DNA from: an uncultured Actinomycetes bacterium
Lineage (GTDB): Bacteria; Actinomycetota; Thermoleophilia; UBA2241
DNA length: 64,000 nt
Assembly: GCA_963767005.1 (NCBI GenBank)
Contig: CAVYCN010000006.1
Location: 180,513 to 244,512 of the forward strand
Direction of reading: 5' to 3'
The notes beneath the pieces were generated by a model. The model worked only from the letters and a program-made list of their open reading frames with translations. It had not been told where the DNA came from and searched no databases. The position numbers were made by a program, and so were the translations under genes. Within the stretch, counting starts at the first letter, position 1. Each line of letters opens with the position of its first letter. Positions 60,657 through 64,000 of the stretch are shown piece after piece.

Positions 60657-63185
60657 TCACGCTCCTTCCACCTGCACGAGGCAGTCGTAGTAGGCCGCGT
60701 TCGACGGGAAGTTCGGGATCACCGACTGGGCCGGGTTGGCGAGCTGGTGCGTCAGGTTGTTCGGGTGCCCCTCGACGTACTGCTGTACTGCGAGGCTGTC
60801 CCAGCCGCCCTGATAGCAGTTCACGACGCCCGGCTTGATCGACTCGGTCAGCTTGGCGTAGACCTTCATCTCGCCGCGGTCGTTGAAGACCCGCACCACC
60901 TGGCCCTCCGTGACGCCGCGCGCCCTGGCGTCGCGCGGGTTGATCTCGAGGAACCCCTGGCCGTTTGCCGTGATCTCGTTCAGCCAGGCCAGGTCGCAGT
61001 ACTGCGAGTGCGTGCGGAACTTGGTGTGGGTCGACAGGAACGTGAGCGGGTACTTCTTGGCGAGCGCGTTGCTCGGCGAGGCTTCGATCGGCTCCTTGTA
61101 GTCGCAGACCTCCTGGCCGTAGGGCACGAGCATCTCGACGTAGAACTCGATCTTGCCCGACTTGGTCGGGAACTCCTTGTTGAAGAACGGCACGTAGGGG
61201 ATCGTCGGCATGTCGAGGCGCGGCGCGCCGCCCCGCAGGCGGTCCCAGGTGAGGCCGGCCGCCGTCGCGTCGGCCTTCGCCGGGTCGCCGATGTGCAGCA
61301 GCTCGGTGATGTACTCGTCGGGCGTCTTGCCGAAGTACTGGCCGACGCCCATCTTCTGGGCCACCAGCGTGCACGCGTCGAGGTCGGACTTCGACTCCCA
61401 GAGCGGCTCGACCACCTTCGGCATGTACTGCAGGTAGAAGCTGTTCGACGACAGCAGGTCGGTCTTTTCGAGGTACGTGCAGGCCGGCAGGACGACGTCG
61501 GCGAGGTCGGCCGTGGCCGACATCACGTAGTCGGAGACGACCAGGAAGTCGAGCGACTTGAGCGCCTTCACCACCTTGTTGCGGTCCGACATCTGCTGGG
61601 CGAAGTTGTCGACCATGAACCAGGCGGCGCGCAGCGGGTGCGGCTTGCCGGTCAGCATGGCGTCGCAGGCCTGCATGGGCTCCATGACGGTGAACAGGGT
61701 GGTGCCCTCGGGCGCCCACCAGTCGGGCAGGTCGAAGGCGAGCGTGGTGAGCCCGCCGGCGAAGGTCGTCACGCCGCCGCCGTGCTCGCCGATGTTGCCG
61801 GTGAGCGCCTGCAGGGTGAGCATCGCCTGCATCGTGAGGTCGCCGTAGTACCAGTGCGAGAGGGCAAATCCGGCACGGATGCCGACCGGATGGGTCGTGC
61901 CCCACAGCTTGCCGAGCGCCTCGATGTCGGCGGCCGGGATGTCGGTGATCCCGGCGGCGTAGTCGGGCGTGTACTTGGCCATGGCGTCGGCCAGCACCTG
62001 CATGGCCGTCGGCGCCTGCAGGGCGCCGGCCTTGTGCGTGCCGAGGAGCTGGGACGCCTTGGCGCCGGTCGCCGCGGCCGGCGCGCCACCCGCCGTGACG
62101 ACCACGTAGTCGTCGCCGGGAAGGCCTACGTCGCCGGTGCGCAGCCACTTCTTTGTCTTGGGGTTCACGAGGTACGGCGCGACCGTGTACTTCTGCAGGT
62201 AGGCCGTGTCGTAGAGCTTATGCTGGATCACGTAGTTGATGAGCGCGTCGATCAGGGCGGTGTCGGTGCCGGGCCGCACCGGTAACCAGGCGTCGGAGCC
62301 CGCCGACGTGGCGGTGAAGCGCGGATCGATGCTCACGAGCGTGGCCCCCTGGGCCTGGGCGTCCTTCATGACGCGCCAGTCGGGGATCGACGTCTCGGCC
62401 ACGTTGTTGCCCCAGAGCACGATCACCTTCGAGCTCAGGAAGTCGACCGACTCGTGGCCGTCGAAGAAGCCGCCGCCGTTGCTCGGGTTGGCGGGGTCGA
62501 CCAGCACGTAGTTCCAGCCGGCCGGCGTGGCGCTGTCGCCCTCGTTGTCGCCCTCGAAGTCGCCGGCCACGGCGCCGATCGCGCTGGCAAAGCGAAAGCC
62601 GACCCCGACGACGCCCTCGAGCACGGCGAGCGAGCCGGTGTAGGGCGCGACCCAGACCGAGTCCTTGCCGTTCGCGGCCTGCACGTTCTTGAAGTTGTCG
62701 GCGATCAGCGTGGTCGCTTCGTCCCAGCTGATGCGCTGCCACTTGCCCGAGCCGCGCTCACCGACCCGCTTGTACGGGTACTTGACGCGGTCGCCGCTGT
62801 AGAGGTTCTCGAGCTGCGACACGCCGCGCAGGCAGATGCGCGGCGGGTAGGCCTGGGGGATCGTCGTGCCGGCGATCGTGGTCGTGTCGTAGGGCCCGCC
62901 CTCGATCAGCTTGACCTTGCCGTCGGCGACGTGGATCAGGTGACCGCAGGCGCCGTCGCAGTTGTTCGAGTGACCGGTGCGGACGAGCTGCTCGGCGACG
63001 GCCGGCGCGGCGGCCTCGGCCGGCTGCAGGCCGCCGAGGAACGTGTCGTCGGCGAGCTTGCCGCCCGCCGCCGCGGCGCCGGCCACGACGGCGCTGCCGA
63101 TCAGGAACTTGCGGCGGGTGAACCGCCAACCGGCTGCGCCTTCGCCCCCCGGTCGGCCGTCGGTCGTACCTGCGTCGTCGGTCAT
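60657..63185 (-). CDS. Tat-exported DMSO-reductase-family molybdopterin oxidoreductase catalytic subunit (type II-like)
   Basis: TRRKFL Tat motif; HSNNCDGAC...C FS0 motif; ISWDEA; IDPRFT; LPACTYLEK; THSQY. Confidence 0.92.
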   Translation of the reverse strand: MTDDAGTTDGRPGGEGAAGWRFTRRKFLIGSAVVAGAAAAGGKLADDTFLGGLQPAEAAAPAVAEQLVRTGHSNNCDGACGHLIHVADGKVKLIEGGPYDTTTIAGTTIPQAYPPRICLRGVSQLENLYSGDRVKYPYKRVGERGSGKWQRISWDEATTLIADNFKNVQAANGKDSVWVAPYTGSLAVLEGVVGVGFRFASAIGAVAGDFEGDNEGDSATPAGWNYVLVDPANPSNGGGFFDGHESVDFLSSKVIVLWGNNVAETSIPDWRVMKDAQAQGATLVSIDPRFTATSAGSDAWLPVRPGTDTALIDALINYVIQHKLYDTAYLQKYTVAPYLVNPKTKKWLRTGDVGLPGDDYVVVTAGGAPAAATGAKASQLLGTHKAGALQAPTAMQVLADAMAKYTPDYAAGITDIPAADIEALGKLWGTTHPVGIRAGFALSHWYYGDLTMQAMLTLQALTGNIGEHGGGVTTFAGGLTTLAFDLPDWWAPEGTTLFTVMEPMQACDAMLTGKPHPLRAAWFMVDNFAQQMSDRNKVVKALKSLDFLVVSDYVMSATADLADVVLPACTYLEKTDLLSSNSFYLQYMPKVVEPLWESKSDLDACTLVAQKMGVGQYFGKTPDEYITELLHIGDPAKADATAAGLTWDRLRGGAPRLDMPTIPYVPFFNKEFPTKSGKIEFYVEMLVPYGQEVCDYKEPIEASPSNALAKKYPLTFLSTHTKFRTHSQYCDLAWLNEITANGQGFLEINPRDARARGVTEGQVVRVFNDRGEMKVYAKLTESIKPGVVNCYQGGWDSLAVQQYVEGHPNNLTHQLANPAQSVIPNFPSNAAYYDCLVQVEGA

Positions 63186-63259
63186 ACGTCGCCTCCTCGC
63201 GCCGTGCCCAACACCAGACCCGGCCGGCGTCACGTGTCGCCGGCCACCTCGGGTCCTGG

Positions 63260-63410
63260 CACCTTTCCGAGCACGAGGAGGCCCGCCCGTTTCCGGGCTG
63301 ACCCACGGCGGCTGCACTTCACGCTGAAGGGCTGCCGCCCCGCGGTCTTTCCGCGGTACGGCCGGCCGTCCATAACGGCGACGCCGCCCCAGGACGGCCG
63401 GCTCGGAGCC
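63260..63410 (-). ncRNA. Molybdenum cofactor (Moco) riboswitch
   Basis: CTCCGAG...CCTGGG...TATGG...GGAAAG stem...GGAAAC...GCCTCCTCGT...GGAAAGGTG architecture directly upstream of the molybdoenzyme. Confidence 0.8.
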
Positions 63411-63471
63411 GGACCTTGATTCGGTCCGATGCGAGCAGGAGCGAACGGTCTGACAAGGCTAGCGGAGGCAG

Positions 63472-63489
63472 CCTTGACTAGAGTCAAGG
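63472..63489. promoter_or_regulatory. Palindrome CCTTGACT-ag-AGTCAAGG (TTGAC-N4-GTCAA; FNR/CRP-like or MerR-type site)
   Basis: Perfect 8-bp arms upstream of the riboswitch, overlapping a TTGACT -35. Confidence 0.6.
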
Positions 63490-63545
63490 ATGCCGGGCCG
63501 GCGCGTCCGCCCCGAAGTGGGACGGAGCGATGCCGCGCGGTGCCG

Positions 63546-64000
63546 TTAGCGGTCGTCGTCGGGACGGCGCAGGGCGCGTTCGATGTCGCGCTGGGCGTCG
63601 CGGCTGGCGAGGTCGGCGCGCTTGTCGTACTGGCGCTTGCCACGGGCCAGGCCGATCTCGACCTTCACGCGGCTGCCGCGAAAGTACAGGCGGGTCGGCA
63701 CGAGCGTGTAGCCGCGCTCCTTGATCTTCTGCTCCAGACGGACGATCTCGCGGCCGTGCAGCAGCAGCTTGCGGGCCGCAATGGATCGTGGTTCCAGACG
63801 TTGCCCTGCTCGTAGGGGCTGATGTGCGTGCCGACCAGGTAGAGCTCGCCGGCGCGCAGCTCGGCGTAGCTGTCGCGCAGGTTCACGCGGCCCTCGCGCA
63901 GCGACTTGACCTCGGTGCCGACCAGGGCGATGCCGGCCTCGATCTTCTCCTCGATGAAGAAGTCGTGAAAGGCCTTGCGGTTGGCCGAGATCGGCCGTAT
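63546..64000 (-). CDS. smpB: SsrA-binding protein (5' end outside the window; apparent 1-nt deletion near 63774)
   Basis: [38 protein letters not shown] then frame change to RKLLLH..GYTLVP..KRQYDKR. Confidence 0.9.
   Translation of the reverse strand, partial: TADLGQPQGLSRLLHRGEDRGRHRPGRHRGQVAARGPREPARQLRRAARRRALPGRHAHQPLRAGQRLEPRSIAARKLLLHGREIVRLEQKIKERGYTLVPTRLYFRGSRVKVEIGLARGKRQYDKRADLASRDAQRDIERALRRPDDDR

Noticed and set aside
63200-63545. tmRNA (ssrA) expected downstream of smpB
   Set aside because: No GGGG 5' end or tRNA-like domain; the region is explained by the promoter and Moco riboswitch

Overview
Very high-GC, gene-dense chromosomal window. Gene content and promoter style suggest an actinobacterium, probably Thermoleophilia-like, with anaerobic metabolism; this taxonomy is inference. 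Left part (minus strand): branched-chain amino acid and serine biosynthesis (ilvD-ilvB-ilvN, three inserted genes, ilvC; class V aminotransferase-serA; leuA-leuC-leuD-leuB-ilvE). Next come trxA, an atypical P-II gene and gdhA, which is divergent from a 4-hydroxybutyrate module (abfD, small Cys protein, CoA-transferase, Fe-ADH). The middle holds ltaE, cell-envelope and surface genes including an Ig-repeat protein with about five identical 267-bp repeats, guaB3-guaA, a PfkB kinase, an M-box riboswitch over an MgtE-N/CBS + NRAMP-like pair, and murI-queT-rph-rdgB-CDF. A roughly 10-kb accessory region lies next to tRNA-Arg(CCG). The right end has a Tat-exported molybdoenzyme operon under a Moco riboswitch and a frameshifted smpB. 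The most notable unannotated signals are regulatory: several leaderless short uORFs in front of the leuA, ilvC, serine and guaB3 units (the serine one, MRDSTHRPS-UGA, abuts a perfect 18-bp hairpin), and three TCAAG-N15/16-GCCGATA sigma28-type promoters. All calls come from reading the sequence; no database searches were run.
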